DNA of 64,000 bases from Anthoceros angustus (Eukaryota; Plantae; Anthocerotophyta), in contig MU008165.1 in assembly GCA_010909165.1 (NCBI GenBank), positions 1,984,001 to 2,048,000 of the forward strand, read 5' to 3'. This document shows, in pieces, positions 50,039 to 63,000 of the stretch; within the stretch, counting starts at the first letter, position 1; each line of letters begins with the position of its first letter. The notes under the pieces were generated by a model. That model had not been told where the DNA came from. It saw only the letters and a list, made by a program, of their open reading frames with translations, and ran no database searches. Made by a program: the position numbers and the translations under genes.

Positions 50039-53000
50039 ATGTTGTTTCGTCTGCTTCGATTCTGGTCATCGGCCAGCGTTCCGCCCATGGTTGTGTTAAG
50101 CGGCGTCCGCAGCTGCGCCATGGCTGGGCGAATTACCGGCAGAGGCTTTGGCCTCATCCATGTTGCGTTTTGGGCATTGCTCCTGTGCGAGATGATGTCC
50201 TCCGGATCCGCTGTACAGGTAATTTATGGTTGACGACTTTCCGATTCCAGGAGAATCAAGCAGCTCGATTCAAGCAAATGTGTGAAACTGTAGGCAGCTG
50301 ATAGCTGTTGAGTTGCATTACCTCTGGGGCTCAATTGTGGGGATGTGCTACGTGGACGGCATTGACAACTGTCGGGCTTTCCTGTTAACGCGAAACCCCT
50401 AAACCCAGAAACGTAGAGCTTTGCACTGGCTGGGAAGAATAAGATACTCTGTAGCTCTTCTTCAGCTGCTATGTGTAATCACTTCTGCTGGCAATTGGCA
50501 GCCTTCAGGGATGTTGGGGTTCAAAACTCGGAAGCTGGCCCCTTCAGTGCTGTCTCTCTTCAACATGAAGTTGAAAAGCCAGTTCTGGAGTGACGACGTG
50601 ATGGCTCGTGGTAAGTGAAACGTGTGCAGAATTTTCCGTTTTTCCAACTTGGTACGGTTAACTGACGATTGTCCTTTCGTTGCCATTACCTTCTCGATTG
50701 CTTCCTCTTTTTTTCAGTGAATGATGATTGGAATCTCCCGGAGCACACCCCGTATGGTAAACAAGGATTGTCAAACTACACTCAGGCAGGTACTGGAAAC
50801 TTTTCTGTCTGTTCTGTTTATGCTTTCCATGCTTTCACTCCCTTGGGTTTGTCCTGTCTGTAAACACTCCGTCTGCACATCTGTGGATCATATTCATGTT
50901 GCAGGCAATGTGGCGGCATACTTGGGCTTTTCTGCAGTTGATGCTATCCATTTTCCGATTCCAGTGAATTTTATCTTCATCGGCTTTGACAAAGAAGGGA
51001 ACCACCGTAAGGAGGCTTTCAGTGTTTTCATTTCATCTTTATTGATTCTGTCATAGCTTAGAATGAGTTTCTTTCAGAAATCGAGCTGGGGCGGGATGAG
51101 CTGGAGCGATGGTTCACGAATATTGACCATATAGTAGAGCACACACGCATTCCTCAGCTTGGAGAGTCTCTCACGCCGTTTTATCGAGTACGAGCAGATG
51201 GGAAGCAGCGTCATACTCTTCCACTTGTTAGTAGTGTTCACTACAAGTAAGCACAACAAGTTCTTTTGCAGCTCATGAAATTATGGACTTCTTTTGAGGT
51301 GACTGTGGTGTCTGCACAGCAAGATATAGTAGCTGCTGAACTATGCTATCTGCAGCTATTCAGTACACGCAATTGACCTTGGGCCTGGTGTTGCGAAAGT
51401 TATCGAACAAGCCATTACTCTATTTGCACGGAAGGAGAACATTACAGACACAAAGTAAGGCATGAGGCCGGTTGTTGTAACCTATGTGTGTTTGCAATTC
51501 TGTGTTGTCAATGAGGCTTAAGCTGGATACATTTTCTGACAGACTGGACACAGAAGCAGTTTGGCAAGTGGACATTGAGAGCATGGAGCACATTCTTGAC
51601 AGCCTTGTAGACTATCTTGAAATAGACAAATCTTACAATGTATTTGTCCTCAATCCCAGACGAGATACTAGTCGAGGAGTGTATGGTTATCGGTGAGTTG
51701 GGGTCTTTGGTTGGCTTGGCAACCCTAAAAGGTTCTGGATGCTAAGAACTTGGCTGTAGTTGGCTACCATGTTAGTTTGATTTGCAGTGTTTATTCTGTT
51801 TGATCTCACAACAGATCTTCTGATTCAGGCGTGGTTTATCCCAAGCTGAAGCCAACTTTTTGAGCAAGGTAAATCTGGTCTTTGTATTGTCAATCAGTTC
51901 TCATCACGTGTTCCTTGGCTGATGTGGTTGTGTTTGTTGCCCCTGGTTAAGGACGAAAAGTCAAGAGCTCAGCTACTTGCCACAAGAAGGAGCGAGCAGT
52001 ACAATATATTTGAAGGTGATACTGCTGAAAAAAAGCTTGGAGGGCACTGCATGTTGGTGATAATCTGGTCGCATGATGCTTAAACCTGTCACTTCAATTG
52101 CAGCTGTGGACAAGAGCACCAAACGTCCCCTGTATTCCCGACATCCAATGCGTCAGTTCCATTGGACCACAGCTGAATCCTTGGATACGGTGATTCCATT
52201 TTAGGCACCTTGCTTTGATGTTTATATTTTGAATCAGTAGCTTTGTGTCAGAAGCAGAAAGGGAGAGCGTTCTGTGGTCAATGCGCACTGTAGATGTATG
52301 AGGATTTACTAACAACCTACTTGTGCTTTTAGGCGCAATGGGTGGATGCCTACCAGGCTGCCCTTGATTCACACGCCGAGGTTATGAAGACTAAACAGGC
52401 AACTGACCTCAGTGTCTTCCAGGCCAAACAGGTGAAGAGAAATTTCAGCCATGTTGGCGATTTGGGTTGTTGGGCTGAATCTTTGACGGCTGCTTGTTTT
52501 ACTCTGCTGGTACAGATTCTGCTTGGGGCAGATTTTGGCCTGAGTGCAGCACTAGAGAGACATCTACGTCAAGATGGAGGTGGTCTAAAATCTGACTGTC
52601 TTACAGATACTTGGGTCAGCAAGAAAAGGTTGAGCAATTCTTTTCCAGTGGCTGTCAGGAAATTGTTTCCACCTCAATGCTCTGTATGAACGTTTGCCTG
52701 TGCTGATCCAGTGTAGCAGTGAGGAATTAGAAGTGTACAATTGCTGACAAACAATAGCTTTTGTGCAGATGGGCGTTCATAGATTTGACTGCTGGTCCGT
52801 TCACTTGGGGTCCAACAGTAGGTGGAGAAGGTGTCAGATTGCTTACCAGTCTTCCGTCTGTTGAAAGAAGCTTTGAAAACGTGACATGGAAAGGAGATGG
52901 TATTGGACATGTTCATCCTGTTTGCACGCCTGCAATGGATATTCGCTGCAGCACGACTGCTGAAATCGTGTCTGACACTCGAAATTGCGTTGCAGTGCGA

Positions 53001-55722
53001 TCTGATACTGATCTGCAGACGGAAGTTCAAATGATGGTTCAAGATAAGTTCGCAGCCTTTGGAGAGGTAAAAGTCCCAATCTGATTGGCTAAACGAATCA
53101 ATTTGCTTTGTTTGCTTTGCAAATTTGCATATTAAGTATTGTTTGTGGTGGTTTCTTGCAGGATTATGCGTCTGTCATTGACATGCTAATGGCAGAACTC
53201 GATGTATATGAGATGTTTGCTGCAAACCATTGCACTGGTCGTAAGATCAGGCTCGCTCTTTGTGGAGGTCAGTTTGCTGTATTTAAAGCTGGGACAGTTT
53301 GGACTGCACCAAGGGTTGTTTCTCGTGGTTGGTCTCGTGGTATCTCCTAGTGGTGACAGCCAAGTACTGTATAAGGATAGGGTGACCTGAAAAGATTAAT
53401 CCATGTAACAGACCTTGTGGAGAAGCTAGCGCAAATACGAGAAGAGCTGGAGACATTCCAACTGGATGAGCCCAGTGAGGAGGAAAGGACGAAAGCTTCT
53501 GAGGTTTTGAAACGAATAGATAGATGGAGCATGTTCAAGGATATCCATGCGGTATGCTAGTCTGAAGTGTGCTGTTGGAGATGCTGTGTCTTTTTAAGCT
53601 CTTACCTTGATGAGCTGTCAGGTTGATTGACTGGTGATTTGACTTTCTGCAGCATGAAGAAGAGTTCGCTGTTGCAAGGGACAGATTTCTTTCACATCTT
53701 GGTGCCACGTTGTCTAGTTCAATGAAGCATGTCCTGACAACATCTACAGCAGAAGGGTCTTTTCACTACTACAAGAAAATATATTTCCGCATCTACATCA
53801 TAACGGAAGAGGTATGCAGATAGTGTGTGCCTACGTAATGATTTTTCGTTTTTTGTTAACAACCCTTGATGAGTATCTGTATGTGTAGAAAGAGAAAGGA
53901 AGGAAGTCTGCCGTAGATGATGCAGCAATTAAAGGAGCTCTTTCATCTCTCATCATGTCAAGTCAGACGGTTGAATATTCCACTCAAAAGTAAGGGGCTT
54001 TGAATGAAGGTTGGGCCATGTCAGCTTCTTCTTGGGTTTTGGCTCGTTGTGGACCAGGGGTTAGGCTTGTTTGAAGCTCTTTGTGTACTCACATGGTGAC
54101 TGGGGATCCCCAAACCCTAAACCTTTGTGCACAAACACCTTCTTGAAGGCTGAAATACTTCTGTGGAATGAATTTCAGGTTGAGTCTTGCCGATGATGCT
54201 GCTCTTGCAATGGCATTTGCCGTTGCAAGGCAAGCAGCAGTTGTTCCTGTTCTGGCACTCAATGGATCTGAGAGGCCTTCACAACGAATCTATCTGGATT
54301 CACTGATTCTTTGGCACCAGTTGCAACAACAAATCACAACTCCTGGTACTATCTGCTGCCTTCATACTTGTCTCTCTTAATGGTTAACGGTTTCCAGTCG
54401 GTTGGAGCCTTGTGCAATTTTAGAATCTTGCAGGCTGAGATGCCAGATGTTGCTCGGCTTAAGATGCCAGATTCACAGTAGGTGGTTGTTTGCAGAGAAA
54501 AATTTCCGTGGACGTTCTGTGCTTGAGGTTCCCATATTCTGGTTAGTGCAGTCAGGAGAACCTTTGCTCATTGACAAGCACTATGTGGCAAAAGCCTTGC
54601 CGGATATGGTCATTGTGGTGCAGTCGAGCCATACTGCTTGGGAAAGCCACCTGCAGTGCAACAACAAGTCCATTCTGTGGGATTTGAGGTAAAGTATGGA
54701 AGCTGGTTGGGTGACGTCAAGTGTTCCGTTTGCAAAGCTATGATTAATACTTGTGCGGTGCCTTGTGAAGCCAACCACTGAGTGCAGCAATCGCAGCAAC
54801 AGCTGAGCATTTGGCCGGATTGTTGCCTGCACACGTGACCTACAGTCATGCCCACGAAAACGCCATACAGGTTAAAATCCTCGACCACGAAAACGCCATA
54901 CAGGTTAAAATCCTCGACGCTCTTGTTGATGGTTCATCTTGTACTGATTTCTGTGGCGCCTCAGGATTGGGCTTGGTCCACGGGATGCCATCCGTTTTCA
55001 AGTACAGCAGAGGGGTCACATGTGTCTCTACTGCACAACGATGCTATTGCACGCAGCTACATCGTTACAGCTCTTGATGAGTCCATTCAGACGGTGAACG
55101 AGGCTATCGCGAGACTAGTCAAGGAGCATACATGTGCCGTGCCTTTCCCGTGCTTGTGATGTGTGGAGCTTCTTTGATCTGTTACAGGTAGCACAGGTGC
55201 TTTCAGACACCACTAACGAGTGTCTCTGGACTTGCAGTTCCACACACGTTTCTTACCGTGAAAGACAGGGAGTACACACTTCTTCAGAATTATAATACAT
55301 TGGTTAATCTTTGGAAGCAGGTGGTGGCTAATCTGACACTAACTTGTCCTTGAGCATCCAACAGGGCATGTGACTCATACATCTGTGGATGCAGATTGTG
55401 AAAGTAGGCGAGGATCTCAAGTTCGAAAATGCCATGAGCCTGCTAAACAACCTGGAAATCTACTCAAAGGGGTGCGTTGCATTGTCATGCTTGCAAACAC
55501 TATTCACAAAGCAGGTTTGCCGTACAATCTAAATGTGGCTGCCTGCGCAGGGTCGCGGCCGAGGCAGACGGCATAATCGCAGCTCTGCATCCTATCCATT
55601 GCACTCGGCAACGGAAACTGGACAAAAGCAGCAACACCTTTGCGGGAGTGGCTATCGCTGGCGTGGTTCTGATCTTGTGGCTGTTTCTGCGGCCCAGGCG
55701 GAGGAAGCCCAAGCTGAACTAA
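50039..55722 (+). CDS. KNS3: KNS3/SPOT1 (At5g58100)-like type-I membrane protein, many short exons
   Basis: Spliced motifs SVLSLFNMKLKSQFWS, NYTQAGNVAAYL, PIPVNFIFIGF, ELERWF..IDHIVEHTRIP, WAFIDLTAGPFTWGP.VGGEGVR, DKHYVAKALPDMVIVVQS, LHPIHCTRQRK, then a C-terminal TM helix and RPRRRKPKLN*. The start is uncertain (ATG 50039/50087/50120/50192; exon 1 ends 50218, exon 2 starts 50409). Confidence 0.82.
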
Positions 55723-55896
55723 AGATTCTTTTCATGCCACCGTAGTTCGACTTTTCTCCTGCTTCCTGTGACTAGGATGGTCTCGATATTACAGTGAGCA
55801 AATTCATTCACCTCCACAGCACTGTCGCGCAAGGACGCTTCCCTTCCCCGGTTCCTTGCCACTACGTTGGTGAACGCAGAACAAGGCAACCGCTCC

Positions 55897-56641
55897 TCAC
55901 GAGGAATAGGCGTAGTCAAATTGAGTGATACCAAGCATGCTGCTCAGCGTGAGATAGACAAGGTATAGCGAGCCTCCCAAAACCGCCACTACCAACACGG
56001 CCGTGACCGGACTCTTGAGCAGATCCACAAGCGGCTTCACCAGGCTGTAGAGCCCCCCCGAGGCGACGGTGAGGAAGTACAACCCGTACCTGCGCATGTT
56101 GTCCCAGAACTCCTCCACCAGCGGCCCATCCGGCCCGAATGCCAGCGCCTGCATGTCGGATTCCATCCCTACCCGCTCCCTCACCACCATCTCCACAGCG
56201 TGCGCGGAAGGCACAGCCAGCATCGCCAACCCTAACCCTAACACCCCGGACGCCATAGCCACGCCTCCGAACTGCCTTCCCAGCAGCCCCCGCGGGAGGT
56301 CTGGCTCGTAGCACCACGACGCGTCTTCCCTTCCGGCCTTTCCCTCCCAGGACTCCCTCCCTTCCGCCCCTCCCGCTCCTCCCCGTCCTCCTCCTCGCCC
56401 TCCCGCGCCCGAGCACCGCCAGCAGCCACGACGGCGGCAGCACCAGCCCGCCTCCTCCTCCGGCGGGCTCTCCCCTTCTCCCCGCCAGGCACCGCCTCCA
56501 CTCCCTGCTAACCCTCTTCCCCAGGCTCGGCCTCTGGCTCACCAGCGTCTGCCTGCTTGCCGTCGCCGTCCGCTGCACGCATGGCGCCAAAGGACCCGCT
56601 GCCAGAGCCGTAGCGCCCGCCATGGCCATCGCCATGGCCAT
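55897..56641 (-). CDS. ycf33: Ycf33-like plastid membrane protein with transit peptide; frameshifted as given
   Basis: The C-terminal ORF FGPDGPLVEEFWDNMRRYGLYFLTVASGG...LLKSPVTAV..TLSSMLG matches nuclear Ycf33 proteins. The N-terminal MAMAMAMAGATALAAG (ATG 56641) is in a different frame across a G-rich tract. Confidence 0.75.
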
Positions 56642-57095
56642 TTTCTCGGAATGCACACTCGAATCGCCGCACCAGCGAATGAAATTGCACTCGTCAAGGC
56701 ATCACTCGAACTCCCATCTGCGCGTCTGGGCAAGCAAGCATGTGGACGGACACACAGACTCACCGCAACTTCCCTTTCCCCAGCCTCACAAATTCGAACT
56801 CGAAGCTCAATACGATTGTCAAACCGTTGTCATCTCACTCCAAAGTGATGATTGGGCGTGTTATGTGCTGCTGGTTGTTACCCTCGTACCCAGTTCGCTC
56901 ACTTGGATATCCAGACCCATTTCACCCAAGCCATTTGCGACGGCTTCTCTATCCAAGAAGGAAAACGTAAGGAGATAAACACATATTAGATACAATATGT
57001 TATGCCACATGTTACGAGATCCAGTTATGTGCGCGAAACGAAACTCCCAAACTCGCAATCATAACACCGCGTAACAGATTACGAATACAAGCGAT

Positions 57096-57185
57096 TGTCG
57101 ATCCGCAGGATGCCATATGCTGGCAGCCTCTAACCAGGTAACCACCTGGTCTGAGGCTGCTAGCATGGCGTCATGCGGATCCACA
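57096..57185. ncRNA. Long imperfect hairpin, candidate MIRNA precursor
   Basis: gatccgca-gga-tgcc-atatgc-tggcagcctc-ta-accaggt [aacc] acctggt-ct-gaggctgcta-gcat-ggcg-tca-tgcggatc: ~40-bp stem with G:U pairs and small bulges, intergenic. Confidence 0.4.
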
Positions 57186-57546
57186 CTAACCTTCTTGATA
57201 CTGTATTCCTGTATTCCTGTGAGCAAATGCCGGGTGGAGCTGTGCGAAGGCGGCATCGACAAATGCTGGAGGTGTTTCGACGCGGCATCCAAACTCTAAG
57301 GCGGTCAAAAATTGGAGTCGCTGAATAGAACCTATGCACTATAGCAAAGACAAAAGGCAATGAATAACTCAAAGGAGACCTATGCCCACCTACCTAACTT
57401 CTTATCAGCCCAATGTTGTCGTAGATGAACGTCCACTACATAGCATCCAAAGACGCAACCCACGTCCACATAAACAACTCTTGTGCCCAAACCCTTAGCC
57501 TCGTGGATATCCCTTACAAGACATAGCTTTAGAACATACAAGTCGA

Positions 57547-57738
57547 TTAGTTTGCTTTTCCCACTAGTTCCCGCAAAGAAGGGTTAAATGGACTGCAAAA
57601 GCTCTTTGTCGTGAAACATAATCTCCCTGCACTTTTTTAGTTTGCTTTTCCCACTAGTTTCCCCTAGTTTCCGCAAAGAAGGGTTAAATGGATTGCAAAA
57701 GCTCTTTGTCGGGAAACATAATCTCCCTGCACTTTTTT
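57547..57738. repeat. ~90-bp direct duplication
   Basis: ttagtttgcttttcccactagtt...cgcaaagaagggttaaatgga.tgcaaaagctctttgtcg.gaaacataatctccctgcacttttt occurs twice. Confidence 0.85.
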
Positions 57739-57806
57739 TGAAACTATTCTGAAAAAGGGTCTTCAACACTAAATATATCTCATTTCCTAGCCTGGACTTC
57801 TTCAAT

Positions 57807-58040
57807 TAGGTCTCCTTGAGAATGACGATCGTAGGTTGACTTTTCTAAAACTATCATGTGGGACCTCCTTGGAATGATGAACGAAGGTTGACTTTTCTAA
57901 AACTGTCATGTGGGACCTCCGTCAGAATGATGAATGTAGGTTAACTTTTCGAAAACTATCAGATGGGACCTCCTTGAGAGTGATGAACGTAGGTTGACTT
58001 TTCAAAAACTATCATATGGGACCAATATCCTTGAATAATG
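57807..58040. repeat. ~53-bp tandem repeat, 4+ copies
   Basis: gggacctcc..gaatgatgaacgtaggttgacttttc.aaaactatcat recurs at 57860, 57912, 57965, with a partial copy at 58018. Confidence 0.88.
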
Positions 58041-58851
58041 ATAGATTGGTAGCTAGGGAAATCTAAAAAAGAGAGAGTAGTTATTTGACAATGATCAACA
58101 TTGATAGGAACGAAGTTCCTCATGTTTTAAGTTATTTCAGATTATTTTATTAAATAAAAATATGTAAATTAAACCTAAACCTATTTTCTCCTTTGCTTCC
58201 ACTATTTGGCACACCATCTAAAGATGGTTGAAGGGCTTGGCAGGTTGTGCAGCTTTGGTGCCTTATGTGCATAAAGGTTTATTTGGAGTCGATGGTGTTT
58301 CCTGAAAAGCTTATTTAGACTCAGCATCGGTCACCCATTGTATACACGCAGGTTCTGTTGTGATTTTCATGCCATTGGACAACAATATTGTATATATGGT
58401 AGGACGCCTTGTTGACACCAAGTACTACTCTCTGATAGGTTTGCCAACATGTCCTTTAAGGAGAGAAGCATTGCGGAAGTCCAAGCCGAAGGGGAAGAAT
58501 TGCGTAAGTCCAAGCCTAAGGGAAAGTGTGGAGGCGAGACCCTATGCTTTGACCTCCCCAAAGTTTGGTTTCATACTGGATTTGTTTTTTTTGTGTCATT
58601 TTGTGTGTTAAGTAGGAGGCGAGCTTTGACAATAAGGTCCCATTGAGCCGATTTCAAGACAATCACAACTCGTCATGGGCGGTGTGGTGTGCCCTTCCTA
58701 GGGGCTTCTTGTGGAGCCTTAGGAGTTCCTATTGGAGGTATAAATACCTCCAAGCCTCATCTCAATGTGAGAGAGTTACACTTGCCTCCTCCTCTCCTCT
58801 CCTCTTTCCACCATCATGGGCTGCCACACGATCCTTCACTAAATCCTCCTC

Positions 58852-59195
58852 CTCCTCGCCTCGACTCCGGACCTCGGGGTCCGTCCTCGCCTCCTCCGGG
58901 CTTGTCGAGACTGACTCTTGACCACCCTTACCTCTACTCCTAAGGTCCAAACTACTAGGTTCGTTCCCTCCTCTTGAATCCGGACCTCGGGGTCCGTCCT
59001 CGCCTCCTGAGTCCGCACCTCGGGGTCCGTCCTCGCCTCCTGACTCCGGACCTCGGGGTCCATCCTCGCCTCCTGACTCCGGACCTCGAGGTCCGTCCTC
59101 GCCTCCTGACTCCGGACCTCGGGGTCCGTCCTCGCCTCCTGACTCCGGACCTCGGGGTCCGTCCTCGCCTCGACTCCGGACCTCGGGTCCGCCTC
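58852..59195. repeat. 33-bp tandem repeat (cctcgcctcctgactccggacctcggggtccgt), ~6 copies plus one dispersed
   Basis: Directly visible; translates as ARTDPEVRSQE on the minus strand. Confidence 0.92.
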
Positions 59196-60026
59196 GACCG
59201 ACGCCCATCCTCCTCTTGAATCCGGACCTGGTCCTCCACCGGTCTCCGGATGTCCAGGTCCGGAGCCTCTCCCAAGGGGTCCGCTTCCAAGCCTGCACCC
59301 ACTCTCCTTCCATCCCTGCCTCATCTCCTCCGGCGCTCTGTCCCCTAACCCTTCCTCCAGGGCTCTCCTTCCTACGCCCTCCCCCGAAGCTCTCTCTTCT
59401 ACTCCCTCCTCCGAAGCTCTCTCTTCTCGCCTCCTCCAGCGAGGACGGACTTACCTCTCCGTTGCATCCGCCGCTCGCCTCCTCCCTCGGACGCCCATCC
59501 TCCTGGGCCTTCCTCGTTGCTGCCTCACACTGCGAGCAGGGCTCCTTCCTAGGGGCTTCTTGTGGCGCTCTCCCCTAGGCCTTCGTCTCTCCAGGCCCCC
59601 TCCGACTCCTCTGGCGGTCCTTCAATCTCGGCAGCGTGATGTGTTGCTCCCTCACGCCGGAGTCTCGCATGATAACATGAGTCGACCTATTGGATGGCCT
59701 CCTCCACATGGGCTTGGAGCACTCGATACTCTCGCCACCAAAGATTCTTTGGCAGCTGGGCGTGCCTAGTCGCTTCTTGCACCCGTTGCGGTCGTCAGCA
59801 CTGGTCACGGCGCATCTCGTGAAGCCGTTAAAGGCGGCTCGCCACCTCTGAGTCGTTGTTGTTTCTCTGGGCGCTCCTCCTCCTCCCTGCAGCACTGCGC
59901 TCACTTGGCCATGGACCGAGTTCCCCTCCGCCTTCCAGCGGATCAGCCTGCTCCTCCTTGAGCCCTCTCCGCCTCCGCCTCATCTTCTTCTTTTGGTCGC
60001 CATGTCTGCTCCAGTTGGGTTAAAAG

Positions 60027-63000
60027 TCAACGTCTAATATAAATCCGACTCTCTTTCAAGCTCGGACGTCTTGCTCTTCTGTGGCGACCCTCCTCTCCTC
60101 TCAAATAGAGCTGGAGTTGCTCTATCTCTCGCTCATGATCTCGGATCCGCCCTTGGAGGAGCCCATTCCGTTCTTCTATCACCCGGAGTCGCAGCTCCAG
60201 AGTCTCTTTCTGTCCTTCCACCTCATGGCGCTCTCCTTCCAGCTCCTGAAGTTGCAGCCAGAGATCCCCCAACTCCCTGTTCCTCACCTCCATTTCCTCG
60301 CCATGGGCCGCCCAGCGCAGTGCGGCCGCTGCTCCATCTTCAGGCTTGCTGTGGCCGCTCCTGCTACCTCCCTCCATCGGTTCCGGTCTCGGTAGTGGTC
60401 CCGGTCGGTCAGGCCCCTCCGCCTCCTCGCCCCCGATGAGCCTCCAACGCCTAGCTCTACTCTTGCCGGGCCTCCGCCAACTCTTTGGCTTCCTCCGCCC
60501 GTCGGCGTGCTTCCTCCAGCTTCCTGCCTCCTTTCAAGCGCGGTCCTCCGCGCTGCGCCTCCCAGCGTGCATCATTGTTATTGCCCGGGAGCACCTGGCG
60601 CTATCCTCACAGGTGGACTGGCCTCCGTTTATGATCCGGCGCTTCTCCTCTTCGACTCGAGGACTCCGCCTTCTTGGCGGCTGTGATACCTCCATCGACC
60701 ACAGCTCCACCATTTGCCTCCGGGTGGCCTCCACTTCTTGGGTCTCTCTGCCATCCTGTAGAGTCCCCATAACATGCCGCCCATGACGGCCGCCAACTCA
60801 TTGTGTTTCCTCCACGGTGTGTGGTGAGGCCCCAGAAATCCGTCGGCGTGGGTATCTCCGGTCCGTTAAGGACCGCCATACCGCCGTCCGGAGTGAGTCT
60901 GGTTGGGGACTCGGACTAATCGGGACCCTTAGGTCTGTCCGTCTGATAGGCCCTTTGACCTCCTTGGCCCTTTTATACCGGCTCCTTCTCCATGTCTCCA
61001 CTTAGGGTGGGCGGACGTGAAAGTTCGAACTAGCCGCTTTCCTCTCCTCGTGGGGGATAGGGCCGGCTCTAGGTGGGGTTCTGATGACCCGCCCGTGGGC
61101 GTCCCATTGCCTTCTTCTTGCCTCTTCGCCTCCACGCCGCTCGGTCGGCGGGGTAAGGGCATCCTTGAGGCGGTGGGGTTGGGCGGGTGCTTCCTCTTCT
61201 CCATCTCTCCCTTAAGTCGGGAGCTCGGCGTCTTGCTCCCTGTAACTGCGCCGACCCTCCTCCTCTCAAATAGAGCTGGAGTTGCTCTATCTCTCGCTCA
61301 TGATCTCGGATCCGCCTTGAGGAGCCCATTCCGTTCTTCTATCACCCGAGTGCAGCTCCAGTCTCTTTCTATCCCTTCCACCTCATGGCGCTCTCCTTCC
61401 AGCTCCTGAAGTTGCAGCCAGAGATCCCCCAACTCCCTGTTCCTCACCTCCATTTCCTCGCCATGGGCCGCACGCGCTTGGTCTGCGGCCGCCTGCTCCA
61501 TCTTCAGGCTTGCTGTGGCCGCTCCTGCTACCTCCCTCCATCGGTTCCGGTCTCGACGGTAGTGGTCCCAGTCGGTCTTCGCAGTGGCCTCCGCCTCCCT
61601 CGCCCCCTTCAGCTGAGCCTCCAACGCCTAGCTCTACTCTTGCCGGGCAGCCTCCGCCAACTCTTTGGCTTCCTCCGCCCGTCGACGTGCTTCCTCCGCA
61701 GCTTCCCTTGCTGCCTCCTTTCAAGCGGTCCTCCGCCTCCTCGCCTCCCAGCGTGCATCATTGCAGGGAGCACCTGGCGCTATCCTCCTGGGTGGACCTG
61801 GCCTCCGTTTCGGCGGTCCGGCGCTTCTCCTCTTCGACTCTGGCGAGGGACTCCGCCTTCTTCTTGGCAGCCTGTGATACCTCCATCTGACCCTGGAGCT
61901 CCACCATTTGCCTCCGGGTGGCCTCCACTTCTTGGGTCTCTCTGCCATCCTGTAGAGTCCCCATAACATGCCGTCCATGACGGCCGCACTCAGGTGTTTC
62001 CTCCACGGTGTGTGGTGAGGCCCCAGAAATCCGTCGGCGTGGGTATCTCCGGTCCGTTAAGGACCGCCATACCGCCGTCCGGAGTGAGTCTGGTTGGGGA
62101 CTCGGACTAATCGGGACCCTTAGGTCTGTCCGTCTGATAGGCCCTTTGACCTCCTTGGCCCTTTTATACCGGCTCCTTCTCCATGTCTCCACTTAGGGTG
62201 GGCGGACGTGAAAGTTCGAACTAGCCGCTTTCCTCTCCTCGTGAGGGATAGGGCCGGCTCTAGGTGGGGTTCTGATGACCCGCCCGTGGGCGTCCCATTG
62301 CCTTCTTCTTGCCTCTTCGCCTCCACGCCGCTCGGTCGGCGGGGTAAGGGCATCCTTGAGGCGGTGGGGTTGGGCGGGTGCTTCCTCTTCTCCATCTCTC
62401 CCTTAAGTCGGGAGCTCGGCGGTGTCATCTTGAGGCTTGCATGGCGCTCTGCCCTCCCTCCATCGCCGGTTCCGGTCTCGGCGGTAGTGGTCCCTGGGTC
62501 GCCGCAGCCTCCGCCTCCTCGCCCCCGCCGAGCCTCCAACGCCTAGCTCTACTCTTGCCGGGCACCTCCGCCAACTCTTTGGCTTCCTCCGTCGGCGTGC
62601 TTCCTCCAGCTTCCTTGCTGCCTCCTTTTCCCAAGACAGTCCTCCGCTGCGCTGCATCTCCCAGCGTGCATCATTGACCACCCGGTGGAGCGCTATCCTC
62701 ACAGGTGGACTGGCCTGCGTTTCTGATCGGCCTTCTCCTCTTCGACTCGAGGACTCCGCCTTCTTCTTGTGCACTGTGATACCTCCATCGACCACAGCTC
62801 CACCATTTGCCTCCGGGTGGCCTCCACTTCTTGGGTCTCTCTGCCATCCTGTAGAGTCCCCATAACATGCCGCGTCCATGACGGCCGCCAACTCTTTGGC
62901 TTCCTCCAGCCTCAGTGTGGAGGCCCCAAGAAACTGGCCGAGGCGTAGGTATCTCCCGGTCCGTTAAGGACCGCCATACCGCCGTCCGGAGTGAGTCTGG

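Noticed and set aside
50393-54125. aaaccctaa-like telomeric words in KNS3 introns
   Set aside because: Only one or two units each; common interstitial telo-box-like words.
57152-57172. Firm call of miR167
   Set aside because: Wrong arm and divergent 3' end; kept only as a candidate hairpin.
57040-57320. snRNA gene (USE-like actcccaaactcg; Sm-like aatttttg on the minus strand)
   Set aside because: No properly spaced TATA, the two motifs are on opposite strands, and there is no similarity to a U snRNA that I recognise.
57807-59195. Regularly spaced 53-bp and 33-bp repeats as a CRISPR array
   Set aside because: There are no unique spacers and no cas genes, and the context is eukaryotic; these are ordinary tandem repeats.
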